The notes under the pieces: generated by a model
Told to the model about the DNA's origin: nothing
The model's database searches: none
Seen by the model: the letters and a program-made list of their open reading frames with translations, nothing else
From: Octopus sinensis
Lineage: Eukaryota
Direction of reading: 5' to 3'
Assembly (NCBI RefSeq): GCF_006345805.1
Contig: NC_043007.1
Coordinates: 16,368,001-16,432,000, forward strand
Length of the DNA stretch: 64,000 nt
Program-made: the position numbers and the translations under genes
In this document: positions 53,871-64,000 of the stretch, one piece after another
Numbering within the stretch: position 1 is the first letter of the stretch
Layout: each line of letters starts with the position of its first letter

Positions 53871-54577
53871 ATGCATTTTGTGCACAGTAGCATCACTGCT
53901 TATTGATCTCTCGTGAATCAAATCATTGGTTCACTGCATTTTCAGAGGCGAAAGCAACAATAGAAAATCTGTGCAATTCAAGCGGAATAAAACCCCCACA
54001 AGACAAACTTTTGCTGGACTCTAATTTATCGATTTTTTTTTCCTCAACAATATGTATATCTTTCAGAGACATACATACACTCACATACATGCATATTTAC
54101 ATACATGAATACACATAGCATGTTATCATGCGTACATACATGCTCATATATGTATGTACGTACATGATGGCTGTAACCTGATTTCAAGCTCTGCCGTTGC
54201 CTGGTTGTCTCTTAATCATGAGCTGTATGGATGCAGCTTTTCAGTTCTGCTAGGATCCTATACTGTTTCGTACAGATGTGGCTCTAGGATGGGCAACTCT
54301 TGCAGCTGGTGTTTGTTTGTTTGTTTGTTGAGCGAAGCGGTCTTCATCCCAGAGCTCTGTAGTGGGAGAAGTCTGAAACGTGGTCCTTCGCTACTCGTGA
54401 TGGAGGACAAGCGCATGCACAAAGACACGCACACACAAAACAGGCTTCTTGGTCAATCCAAGACCATTGTAGAAAACACTTACCCAAGGTGTCATGCAGT
54501 GGTATTGAACCATGAACTATATAGTTGCAAAGTGATCTTAATCACACATCTAAGCATAAACGATAAAAACTTCTTAC

Positions 54578-54624
<47 letters not shown>

Positions 54625-54639
54625 ATACACTTGCACACA

Positions 54640-54760
54640 CTTCCAGTCACCTCAGGCATGTAATCACTCACATACTTTTCCTGGACCCCTTCTTCAGACC
54701 TTTCCTTTCTCTTCTTTCTGATGAAGAGTTGTGGTCAAAACATTAAAAAAACACACTCTT
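54640..54760 (+). mobile_element. Degenerate Penelope-like terminal fragment with hammerhead-like remnant (54715-54748)
   Basis: Reads tttCTGATGAaGAGttgtgGTCAAAACATTaaa, the same layout as the 31001 motif but with several substitutions. Confidence 0.35.
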
Positions 54761-55049
54761 TTTCCCACCTTTACTAAGCATCAAAATATTGCATTTTATA
54801 TGTATGTCTTTTGTTGTTTTGTTATTTTTTATTTTTAATGTCCAATTTGACACTATATGTATATATGTGCTGGTGCCACGTAAAATGCACTCAGTCCACT
54901 CTGCAGGGTGATTGGTGTTAGGAAGAGCATCCAACTGTAAAACAGACACAGGGGTCTGGTGCAGTCTTCTGCCTAGCCAGCTCCAGTCAAACTGTCCAAC
55001 CCATTCCAGAATGGAAGGCAGATGTTAAAAGATGATGAGGATATATATA

Positions 55050-55320
55050 TTTAGGGGAGAATTCACAAAAAAAACAAAAGATGAAGACAGGTGGTGTAGA
55101 CAACAAACAGATGTATTAGTATAACACTTGGGAAGTGAAAAAGTCTTTAATGTTTCGAGCCTATGCTCTTCCACAGAAAGAAACAAGGAGAGAAAATAAA
55201 GAATGTGTAGTAGCTAGCGATCTATCATGGCGAAGGCCAGTCAGAAGGGTCACACAGGAGACCTAGGGAGAAGGGGAGATAACAAAGTGGTGGTGATCCT
55301 AAAATGAAGGTGCGCATGCA
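55050..55320 (-). mobile_element. Penelope-like terminal fragment with hammerhead-like remnant (55144-55180)
   Basis: Minus strand reads ctttCTGTGGAaGAGCatagGCTCGAAACATTaaag. Stems I and II pair but core A6 is lost. Confidence 0.4.
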
Positions 55321-55543
55321 TGTGTATAAGAGAGTTTGTGTGTGTATATATATATATATATAAAAAGAGCAATAAAGATTCAAGTTAATTTTAAAAAATT
55401 TACTTGAATATGGTACCTAACTTAGATGCACCAAAAAAAACTATACTGATTTAACAATACAGTAATGTGGGGTGATTATAAGCGAGAAAGAAGCAACTTC
55501 ATGAGTATAGCCTCAAACACTAGGATGTCTAGAGAACTTACAT

Positions 55544-55639
55544 GTATTTTAGCTGATGAGTACGGGACTCGTTTATATGCTGTAATCTTTGCAACTTTTA
55601 ATAAAACCTGTCCTTGTATGAAACGATCGTACTAAATAC
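55544..55639 (+). ncRNA. Putative type I hammerhead ribozyme (minimal, Penelope-type) upstream of the first visible calpain exon
   Basis: Stem I GTATTTTAG (55544-52) pairs with CTAAATAC (55632-39) with one bulge. Core CTGATGA at 55553-59. Stem II GTAC-GGGAC pairs with GTCCTT-GTAT around a long loop. GAAA at 55620-23. Palindromic stem III ACGATCGT. GUA cleavage triplet at 55629-31. The fold was assigned by eye and activity is untested. Confidence 0.7.
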
Positions 55640-55819
55640 CTATCCATTCTTGTTGCTTCTTTCTCGCGTATATATATATATATATATTATATATATATAT
55701 ATACTGTTTTATATAAACACCAATCTTTCAAATAAATTTCTTACAAGTTTGTTAATTTGTTTCATTGCTTTAAAATCTCTTTTTTTTTCACTTCATTTTG
55801 TTTTGTTTTCCATTTGTAG

Positions 55820-55889
55820 GAAATCTGTGAAGACCCAAAATTCTTTGTTGGCGGTGCCTCCCGATTTGATGTAAAACAAGGAGAACTTG
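55820..55889 (+). CDS. Calpain (CysPc domain) internal exon, 70 nt: EICEDPKFFVGGASRFDVKQGEL + G
   Basis: Pyrimidine-rich acceptor ttttccatttgtAG (55818-19) and donor GTaagt (55890). The peptide matches the calpain EIC..P.F..GGA.R.D..QG.LG segment. It joins the next exon in phase 1. Confidence 0.93.
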
Positions 55890-56809
55890 GTAAGTTGGTT
55901 TTTATTTCCCAAACTCTCAACAGATATTCTAAACTAGTACAGTTTATTTCGTTCCCATTATGGCAACCACTACTTGGCTTTAACTACTAGCAGCATGTAA
56001 TTTAGTTTCCTCACCAATTACTTCACTGAAAATATAATATTACTATTTTTGTTTGTGATTAATTTAGAACTTGCATTCCAATGTAATTTTTCTTATTCAG
56101 TATTTATTTAATGAGAATTTCAAGATTAATTTGGAACTAATTGTTGTAATTACACTGCAAGGTGTGTTGTGTAATATGCGATATATGTACTATAAACATA
56201 ACAGGTCATGGTTATCAAGTCACACCACTGATTGTCCTTGCTTCATAAAGCTTTGTAATGTCACATCTTATTAAAGTTTTGTAATGATACTTTTGAATCC
56301 TTCTATATGTTGGATATACAGATTTCACAAAGCAGGGATAGACACATCTGTCTTCACACAACTTCAAATTACTCCACTACACACGATACTCCAATAAATA
56401 CAAACTCTCAACAACTTCCTACTACTTCCATGCACTCTCAATGACTGTTACAACCTCTCTCATCTCAACCAATACACTACTTTTTATAAGATTTCAACTG
56501 TTCCATTCTTCCAATTGCACATGTGTGTCAATGACTCTCACCACAACATATACATAGGGTGGAGGCATAGCCGTTTGGTTAAGAACTTTGCTTCACTGCC
56601 ACATGATTTCATGTTCAAGCCCACTGTATGGCACCTTTGTGAAATGGTGTTTTTTTTTCACTATAGCATCATGGCCTTGTGAGTAGACTTAGTTGATGAA
56701 AACTGAGATACCTGTCATGTACATATAAACAGATATTTGTTTGCTTCAAATTTAACCTGTTTTGTGTTACTTTGATAACATTTGTGTTAGCATAAATTTT
56801 CTACCGTCC

Positions 56810-57105
56810 GAACGTGGCAGATGCCAGTGCCGCCTGACTGGCATCTGTGTCAGTAACACGTAAAAGCACCGACCGATCATGGCCGTTTGCCAACCTGCTC
56901 TGGCCCCTGTGCCGGTGGCACGTAAAAAACACCCACTACACTCACGGAGTGGTTGGTGTTAGGAAGGGCATCCAGCTGTAGAAAATACTGCCAAATCAGA
57001 CTGGAGCCTGGTGCAGCCTCCATGGCTTACCAGACCCTGGTCAAACCATCCAACCCATGCTAGCATGGAAAACGGACGTCAAATGATGATGATGATGATG
57101 ATGCT
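56810..57105 (+). mobile_element. SINE-like family D in calpain intron
   Basis: Internal repeats, aggaagggcatccagc block and (GAT)n tail. Confidence 0.8.
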
Positions 57106-57150
57106 GATTGGTTTATTGGTATTTTGTACCTTTTTTTTTTCTATATTTAA

Positions 57151-57371
57151 CCCTTTAGCATTCAGATTATTCAGTCAAATGTGATGCTTATTCATTCACA
57201 TTATTTTAAACTGATCATGCATTATCTCACCGCTTCGAAATTTCTATGATATGATTGTTTCATTTTTAGAATGTCATTGTAAGGTAAGTGTGAGAGACCA
57301 GATCTGGCCAGTTTGAAGATGAAACAAGTAGAATATTTTGGCCTGTTATGGCCAGTTTAAATGCTAAAGAG
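57151..57371. mobile_element. TTAA-flanked piggyBac-like MITE (family P1)
   Basis: TTAA|ccctttagcatt ... aatgctaaagag|TTAA. Confidence 0.75.
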
Positions 57372-57490
57372 TTAAACCATTTGTTCTTAAGAAATAAAAC
57401 ACTTTTTTTTCATATGTGTCAGTGAGAAGTTTCAAATTTGAATGCAGATGAAATTACACCTGCAATCAAACAGTCCTGCACACCTTATAC

Positions 57491-58035
57491 ATGTCATCAT
57501 CTGAAAAAGATTTTCTAACTAGAAAGGGTATGGCCTGGTCAGCCTGTAATGATATGCATAAGATCTGGTCATCAAGTCTAAGTAGGGATTTCAAACTTAA
57601 AATCTTCAAAGCCACAGTTGAACCAATTCTACTATATGGCTCAGAAACCTGGACGTTATCAAAGAAGCTTGAGAGGCGGTTGGATGGAACTTATACTCGT
57701 CTCCTTATGAGAGCTCAAAATCTCTCGTGGAAACGACATCCAACCAAAGTACAAATATATGGGAAATTACCACCTGTATCATCTCTTGTGAAAGGTAGGA
57801 GAGTCCAGTTTGCTGGACATTGTTGTAGACCTGAAAATGAGGCAATTTCTACTCTTCTCCTCTGGAAGCCATCTGCTAGCGATACCTGAGAGCACACACT
57901 CTCTTACCCTGATGTAATCTCCGGGGATACAGGCATCCAGCAACAGGACCTCTGTAATGCTATGATGGGACGTGAAGTCTGGCGTAACATAGTAAATTCC
58001 ATTGTCTCGACCACGGTCGAACAATGACGATGATT
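57491..58035 (+). mobile_element. 5'-truncated RTE-clade LINE 3' end (pseudogenised ORF C-terminus)
   Basis: Peptide K.KIFKATVEPILLYGSETWTLSKKLERRLDG...SWKRHPT...RRVQFAGHCCR...W is typical of the RTE post-RT region. One in-frame stop at 57887-89. Ends in a (GAT)-like tail. Confidence 0.88.
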
Positions 58036-58089
58036 ATGCAGCGTCTCACACCCTCATTGACACATTGTTCTTTTTTGTTATTATTTCAG

Positions 58090-58342
58090 GTGACTGTTGG
58101 TTGTTGGCGGCTGTTGCCTCTCTCACCATTGATCAGAAATTACTGTTTAGAGTTGTGCCACTTGGTCAAAACTTTCAGGAAAACTATACTGGCTGCTTCC
58201 GCTTCCGTTTCTGGCATCAAGGAGACTGGGTGGATGTCGTCGTTGATGACAGGATCCCAACTTCTTACGGACAGTTGATTTACATGCATTCTGCTGACAA
58301 GAATGAGTTCTGGAGCGCTTTGTTGGAAAAGGCTTATGCCAA
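58090..58342 (+). CDS. Calpain catalytic-Cys exon, 253 nt: (G)[83 protein letters not shown](K)
   Basis: Acceptor ttatttcAG (58088-89) and donor GTaagt (58343). Contains hallmark calpain motifs [16 protein letters not shown] and [13 protein letters not shown]. Phases 1 and 2 are compatible with both neighbouring exons. Confidence 0.97.
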
Positions 58343-58811
58343 GTAAGTAACTTTGTTGTATCATTTCTCTTGATTGTATGATTGTTTTTTTTATGATTTT
58401 TTTAATGATTTTGTATGATTTAAAGCATCAGCTGGCAGAAACGTTAGCACGCCAGGTGAAATGCGTAGCCGTATTTCATCTGCCATTACGTTCTGAGTTC
58501 AAATTCTGCTGAGGTCGACTTTGCCTTTCATCCTTTCGGGGCTTTCTGTGTTTAGCCCCTTGTGGGTAGTAAAGAAATATGTATGATTGGTTTTTTTTTC
58601 CTTGTTTGGTGTAGTGGAAGGTTTTATGTCTGTCACTTTTAGAAACCCTCCAAAAACAATGAAGCTGAAGCAGTTAATGTTCCTCTTGGACAGTTGCATG
58701 GTGATTGTTGCTAGCAGACTGAGTAATCTGGTCACATTTGTTCAGCTCTGTTTTAGAAGTTATATGGTGGAAGACATTCCAACCATAACTATCATTGCTT
58801 TTATTCAGATA

Positions 58812-59219
58812 CTAGCAGCTAAGCCCGGTTTCACCCGGTCTGTTTGGATGATGTGGCTGTGATCGTTTTCAGTTAGGCATAATCTATAACAGCATTTGTC
58901 AACCTTATCATTTTGAGTCCCCTGTTTCGAATGGAGCCTCCAGCTATATGAAAATTTCCTGACCCCACACCGTCAGAAAACAGCTTCTAAGCAACTGGTT
59001 GTTTTAATGGCAGAAGAAAGAGGGAAGTTCCATTAGAAAATTTTTAATCGATTTTCTCGGTAAGTATGGGGGTTAGGAAAAAATACAAACTGCATTCCAA
59101 TCTATGCACCCATCTCCACATGTGTGCCATTTTGCATGCGAATCCACCCAGCCATTTGGCTGTGAACCTCAAGACAAGAAAGAATACAACAATCGCCCAT
59201 CTCCAATTTATATTATAGG
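58812..59219 (-). mobile_element. Non-autonomous Helitron (second family) in calpain intron
   Basis: Minus-strand 3' end ccgggtgaaaccggg...gCTAG|t. The 5' end cctataatataaattgg matches the partial copy at 660-842. Confidence 0.8.
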
Positions 59220-60069
59220 TTATATATGAAGAATAAGGTTATATAGGAAGGTGGCGAGCTGGCAGAAGCGTTAGCACACTGGGCGAAATGCTGTTACATT
59301 CTGAGTTCAAATTCTGCCGAGGTCGACTTTGCCTTTCATCCTTTCGGGGTCGATAAATAAAGTACCAGTTTTGCACTGGGGTCGGTGTAATCGACTTAAT
59401 CCCTTTGTCTGTCCTTGTTTGTCCCTTCTGTGTTTAGCCCCTTGTGGGCAATAAAGAAATATATATATGAAGAATAATATTATCTAAAGTGTCTTTTGTA
59501 TGTTTTAAAGTATCAAAAGTAAATTATATGAAGATTTGGTTGCTATTTCTAGCATGTTTAAATGATTGTGTACAAGATGCCCTGTTAGCTTGCATTGTTC
59601 CAATGTGGCTTTGTGTAGTTGTAGTGAACAGTAACTTTCATTCAATTTTGCTTGCCGTCTTCTAATTCCTCCACCAGAGGGATGCTGGGTAAAAAAATGT
59701 GGCATGAGTGGGGAAGCCTGGCAAGCGTACCTCTGGTGTATTTCAGTTGTACTCACTGACTGACATGAAACACTTGATAAGTATCACAAAGCTTTCATCA
59801 TCAAATGCACAGCCGTAATTAACATAACGAGTCAGTAAACAGTCATTGAAGTGGTTGGGTTTTTTTTGTTTGTTGTTTTTCGTTTTGTCATCCCCCCACC
59901 CCCAATATCTAATTACAACTATTTTAACAAGTCACCACCTCCTTACAATTAATTGGTTCAGTATATACTTATATGCCTGAAATGAGAATATAACGAGAGA
60001 GAGAGAGAAAGAGTGAGCCAGAAAGAGGCTGGAACGGGATTATTTATATCCATTTTGATACCAACTCAT

Positions 60070-60750
60070 CTGAAACCGACTCTGGTTCTAGGACACAAAA
60101 TTCCCTTGATATAAAGTGTTAGTCATACTTAAATTTTCTTGATATAAAGTATTACTTGTACTTAAATTTAAACCTTCCATAAAAATTTCTGAAACCGACT
60201 CTGGTTCTAGGACACAAAATTCCCTTGATATAAAGTGTTAGTCATACTTAAATTCTCTTGATATAAAGTGTTACTTGTATTCAAATTTAAACCTTCCATA
60301 AAAATTTCTGAAACCGACTCTGGTTCTAGGACACAAAATTCCCTGATATAAAGTGTTAGTCATACTTAAATTTTCTTGATATAAAGTATTACTTGTACTT
60401 AAATTTAAACCTTCCATAAAAATTTCTGAAACCGACTCTGGTTCTAGGACACAAAATTCCCTTGATATAAAGTGTTAGTCATACTTAAATTCTCTTGATA
60501 TAAAGTGTTACTTGTATTCAAATTTAAACCTTCCATAAAAATTTCTGAAACCGACTCTGGTTCTAGGACACAAAATTCCCTTGATATAAAGTGTTAGTCA
60601 TACTTAAATTTTCTTGATATAAAGTATTACTTGTATTTAAATTTAAACCTTCCATAAAAATTTCTGAAACTGACTCTGGTTCTAGGACACAAAATTCCCT
60701 TGATATATAGCGTTATTCATATTTAAATTTAAATCTTCCATCAAAATTTC
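60070..60750. repeat. 119-bp tandem repeat, 5 full units plus 1 partial
   Basis: Unit starts ctgaaac(c/t)gactctgg at 60070, 60189, 60308, 60426, 60545 and 60664. Confidence 0.95.
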
Positions 60751-61164
60751 ATGAAAGAACTTTTTGTTCCTAAGCTAGTATTTGTTTTAAAGTTTTGTGC
60801 TTGGAATGGCAGATTAGCAGAATCATTGGAATGTCAGACAAAATTCCTGACCGTATTTCTTGTTTCTTTTTTTTCTTTCATTTCTTCTTTTTACTTGCTT
60901 CAGTCATTGGACTGCTGCCAAGCTGGGTTGCCACCTTGAAGGGTTTTAGGAAAAAAAAATCAACCCAGTTTTTACTTTTTAAGTCTGGTAGTTATTATAT
61001 CGGTCTCTTTTGCTGAACCACTAAGTTAAAGGAACTTAAACCAACATCAGTTGTCAAATGGTGATGGGCAAAGACACACACACATACACACACACACATG
61101 CACGCGCACACATACACACACACATACGTACACACACACACATGATGGGCTTCCACAGAGTTTC

Positions 61165-61572
61165 TTATTTCTTTACTGCCCACAAGGGGCTACACACAGA
61201 GGGGACAGACAAATGGATTAAGTCAATTATATCGACCTCACTATATAACTGGTACTTATTTAATCGACCACGAAAGGATGAAAGGCAAAGTCGACCTCAG
61301 CAAAGTTTGAACTCAGAACGTAAAGACAGACAAAATACCTATTTCTTTACTACCCACAAGGGGCTAAACACAGAGAGGTCAAACAAGGACATCCAAATGG
61401 ATTAAATTGATTATATCAACCTCGGTGCATAACTGATACTTATTTAATCGACCCCAAAAGGATGAAAGGCAAAGTCGACCTCAGTGGAATTTGAACTCAG
61501 AACATAGTGGCAGATGAAATACTGCTAAGCATTTCGCCCGGCATGCAAACGTTTCTGCCAGCTCGCTGCATT
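61165..61572 (-). mobile_element. SINE family C, 2-unit form, nested in a B-like SINE (about 60880-61720)
   Basis: TSD ttccaca(g/c)agtttc at 61151-64 and 61573-86. Confidence 0.85.
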
Positions 61573-62468
61573 TTCCACACAGTTTCTGTCAACCAAATTC
61601 TTTCACAAAGTATTGGTTGGTCTAAAGCTCTAGTAGAAGACACTTGACCAAGGTGCTGTGCGATAGAACTGAACCAGAAACCATGTGGTTGAGAAGCAAA
61701 CTTCTTAACCACACAGTCACAGTGGTTAGAGAAAAGCGAGAGAAAGACTTCTGGTGAGAAAGTTACTGCTTCTTTAAAACAGTTTCTATCACTTCTAATC
61801 TATTGGAAGTGAAAGTGAGAGAGTGACCAGTCAAATGCTGGCAGGGTCAGTGAAGTTTCCCCTTTTGGGGATTGGAACACACTGTCATGTCTTTCCAAGA
61901 ATTGTCATAGATCCTTGTAGAGGGAGACTGAGTGAATTGTTTGATGATGCCTTCTTTGTGTTCTGAATTTCAGTTCTGTTGCGACCAACTTTGCCTTCAT
62001 CCCTCCAGGGCCAATAAAATAAGGCACCAAACTAATACTGGAGGTCAATGTACTCAACTAACCTCAACCCACTAAAATTGTTGATCTTATACAATTAGTA
62101 TTAGAAACAATTAGTATTAAGTTAGTGTTCCAAAACCTGTCTATATAATGAGGTTGTTTATTTTAATAATCTTTCGAAAGTCTTAATTATTTCCAGAATT
62201 AGTTAAAAAACACATAGACGATGTATTTCTATAGAAATATGGGTCATGAAAGTGTTAAGGTGTTTGAGACAATTGAATTTACCACAGAATATAAATTAAA
62301 AGTAATGAATCCTACTTAGGTAGTTTATTGGGGTACCATTGAAGATTTTTTTTTCTCTTTCATGCAGTGAATGGTGCAAATCAAGGCATAAGAGATAGAC
62401 ACACTGAAGCAGTTTTCCCACAACTGTTGCCAGGCCTATATTAGGATCTTGGCATAGTACTGCAAAAT

Positions 62469-62723
62469 GCAGAGCTCTCACACTTCTCTGTTCACAGCTG
62501 TATGGTGTACTCCTTTGAACACTTATGTACATATTGATAGGTACCCTGGTGGTTTGCTGATTTTTAGGAGTGGTTGGCGTTAGGAAGGGCATCCAGCCGT
62601 AGAAACACTACCAGATCTGACTGGGCCTGACGAAGCCTTCCAGCTTCACAGACCCCAGTTGACCCGTCCAACCCATGCTAGCATGGAAAACGGACGCTAA
62701 ACGATGATGATGATGATGATGAT
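62469..62723 (+). mobile_element. 5'-truncated family D copy with about 100 bp of extra 5' sequence inside its TSD
   Basis: 12-bp direct repeat gtactgcaaaat at 62457-68 and 62724-35. Confidence 0.65.
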
Positions 62724-63076
62724 GTACTGCAAAATTCCAGGGGCCTTGATCTAGTTTTTATTTCTTGTATCATATCTACAACTGTCATCGTATATATGTA
62801 TGTGTGTGTATATGTTTGTGTGTCTGTTTGTCCCCACCAACATCACTTGACAACCAATGCTGGTGTGTTTACACCCCCTTAACTTAGCGGTTCGGCAAAA
62901 GAGAACAATAGAATAAGTACTGGGGTTGATTTGCTCGACTAAAGGCAGTGCTCCAACATGGCCGCAGTCAAATGACTGAAACAAGTGAAAGAGATCTGTA
63001 TAAATTATAGTTTAAATGTTGCATACTTTATTTATTTTTTTGTTACTCATTCTTTATTTCTCTCTTTCTTTCTCAG

Positions 63077-63245
63077 GCTTAATGGTTGCTATGAAGCCCT
63101 TAAGGGTGGAAATAGCTCTGAAGCTATGGAAGATTTCACTGGAGGTGTTACAGAAATGTTTGACCTCAGAGAATCACAAGATAAACTGTTCCAAATCATG
63201 TTGAAAGCTTTCCAGAGATCTTCTCTCATGGGATGTTCTATTGAT
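63077..63245 (+). CDS. Calpain exon, 169 nt: (K)[56 protein letters not shown]
   Basis: Acceptor tctctttctttctcAG (63075-76) and donor GTaagt (63246). Contains the [18 protein letters not shown] and L/MGCSID motifs. Its first base completes the AA+G Lys codon from the previous exon. Confidence 0.96.
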
Positions 63246-64000
63246 GTAAGTATTTGACGCTTGATAAAAGTAATTGGTTGTCAACGAAACTAATTGCTTG
63301 CAGAGATAGTTAAAATAATGAATGAGGGCAGTGACTAAATATTTTGTAATTAATGAAATTAATGAATACACATTTCAAAAATTACTGTTACAAGTACAGG
63401 CATAACTGTGAGGTTAAGCAGTTCACTTCACAACCCTGTAGTTTTGGGTTCAATCGCATTGCATGACATCTTGTGTAAGTGTCATCTTCTCTAGCCCCAG
63501 GTCAACCAATGCCTTGTGGGGTCATCTAGTAGTTGGAAACTGCAGGCAGTCCATCATGTTTGTGAGGGCTTGCAATGTGCAAATACATGAATATTCCATG
63601 CTGTCATACCTCGAGTGAAGTAGTGCTGATGTTAATGTTCTTTATTGACATTTTGACCAATTAGTGCAGGCTAAACACAGAGGGGACAAACAAGGACAGA
63701 CAAAGGGATTAAGTCGATTACATCGACTTCAGTGCATAACTGGTACTTAATTTATCGACTCCGAAAGGATGAAAGGTAAAGTCAACCTCGGTGGAATTTG
63801 AACTCAGAACGTAATGGCAAACGAAATTCCGCTAAGCATTTCGCCCGGCGTGCTAACGTTTCTGCCAGCTCGCCGCCTTTCTGTCATCATTCTGTCTCCT
63901 CCATACTTTCATGGGTTGAACAGAATTTGTTGAAGTAGATTTTTTATGGCCAGATGCCCTTTAAGATAATATAACCCTATGACTAGATATTTCCACATAA

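Noticed and set aside
62345-62450. Acceptor-like site followed by VNGA...TEA, faintly echoing the 63077 exon
   Set aside because: The frame compatible with the upstream exon stops after 10 codons, and the similarity is too weak to call an alternative exon.

Overview
This is AT-rich, repeat-dense animal genomic DNA. The SINE, Helitron and MITE families look like those of octopus; this is inferred from recognising the repeats, not from a database search. The only host protein-coding sequence I can support is three + strand exons of a calpain catalytic (CysPc) domain: 55820-55889, 58090-58342 and 63077-63245. They splice in frame with GT-AG ends, and the catalytic [12 protein letters not shown] motif is split across the first junction. 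I found no earlier calpain exon in the 55.8 kb upstream, and the gene should continue past the window. The rest is mobile or simple-repeat DNA: several tRNA-derived SINE families (many with target-site duplications, TSDs), RTE and CR1 LINE fragments, a deleted mariner nested in a hAT MITE, TTAA-flanked piggyBac-like MITEs, Helitrons, a 119-bp satellite, two long inverted repeats and large microsatellites. Almost all ORFs in the supplied track are by-products of these repeats. The most interesting signal is a near-canonical type I hammerhead ribozyme fold on the calpain sense strand (55544-55639), about 180 nt upstream of the first visible exon. Several decayed Penelope-type hammerhead motifs lie elsewhere in the window. 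All coordinates were read by eye; repeat boundaries are approximate unless a TSD or terminal inverted repeat (TIR) is quoted.
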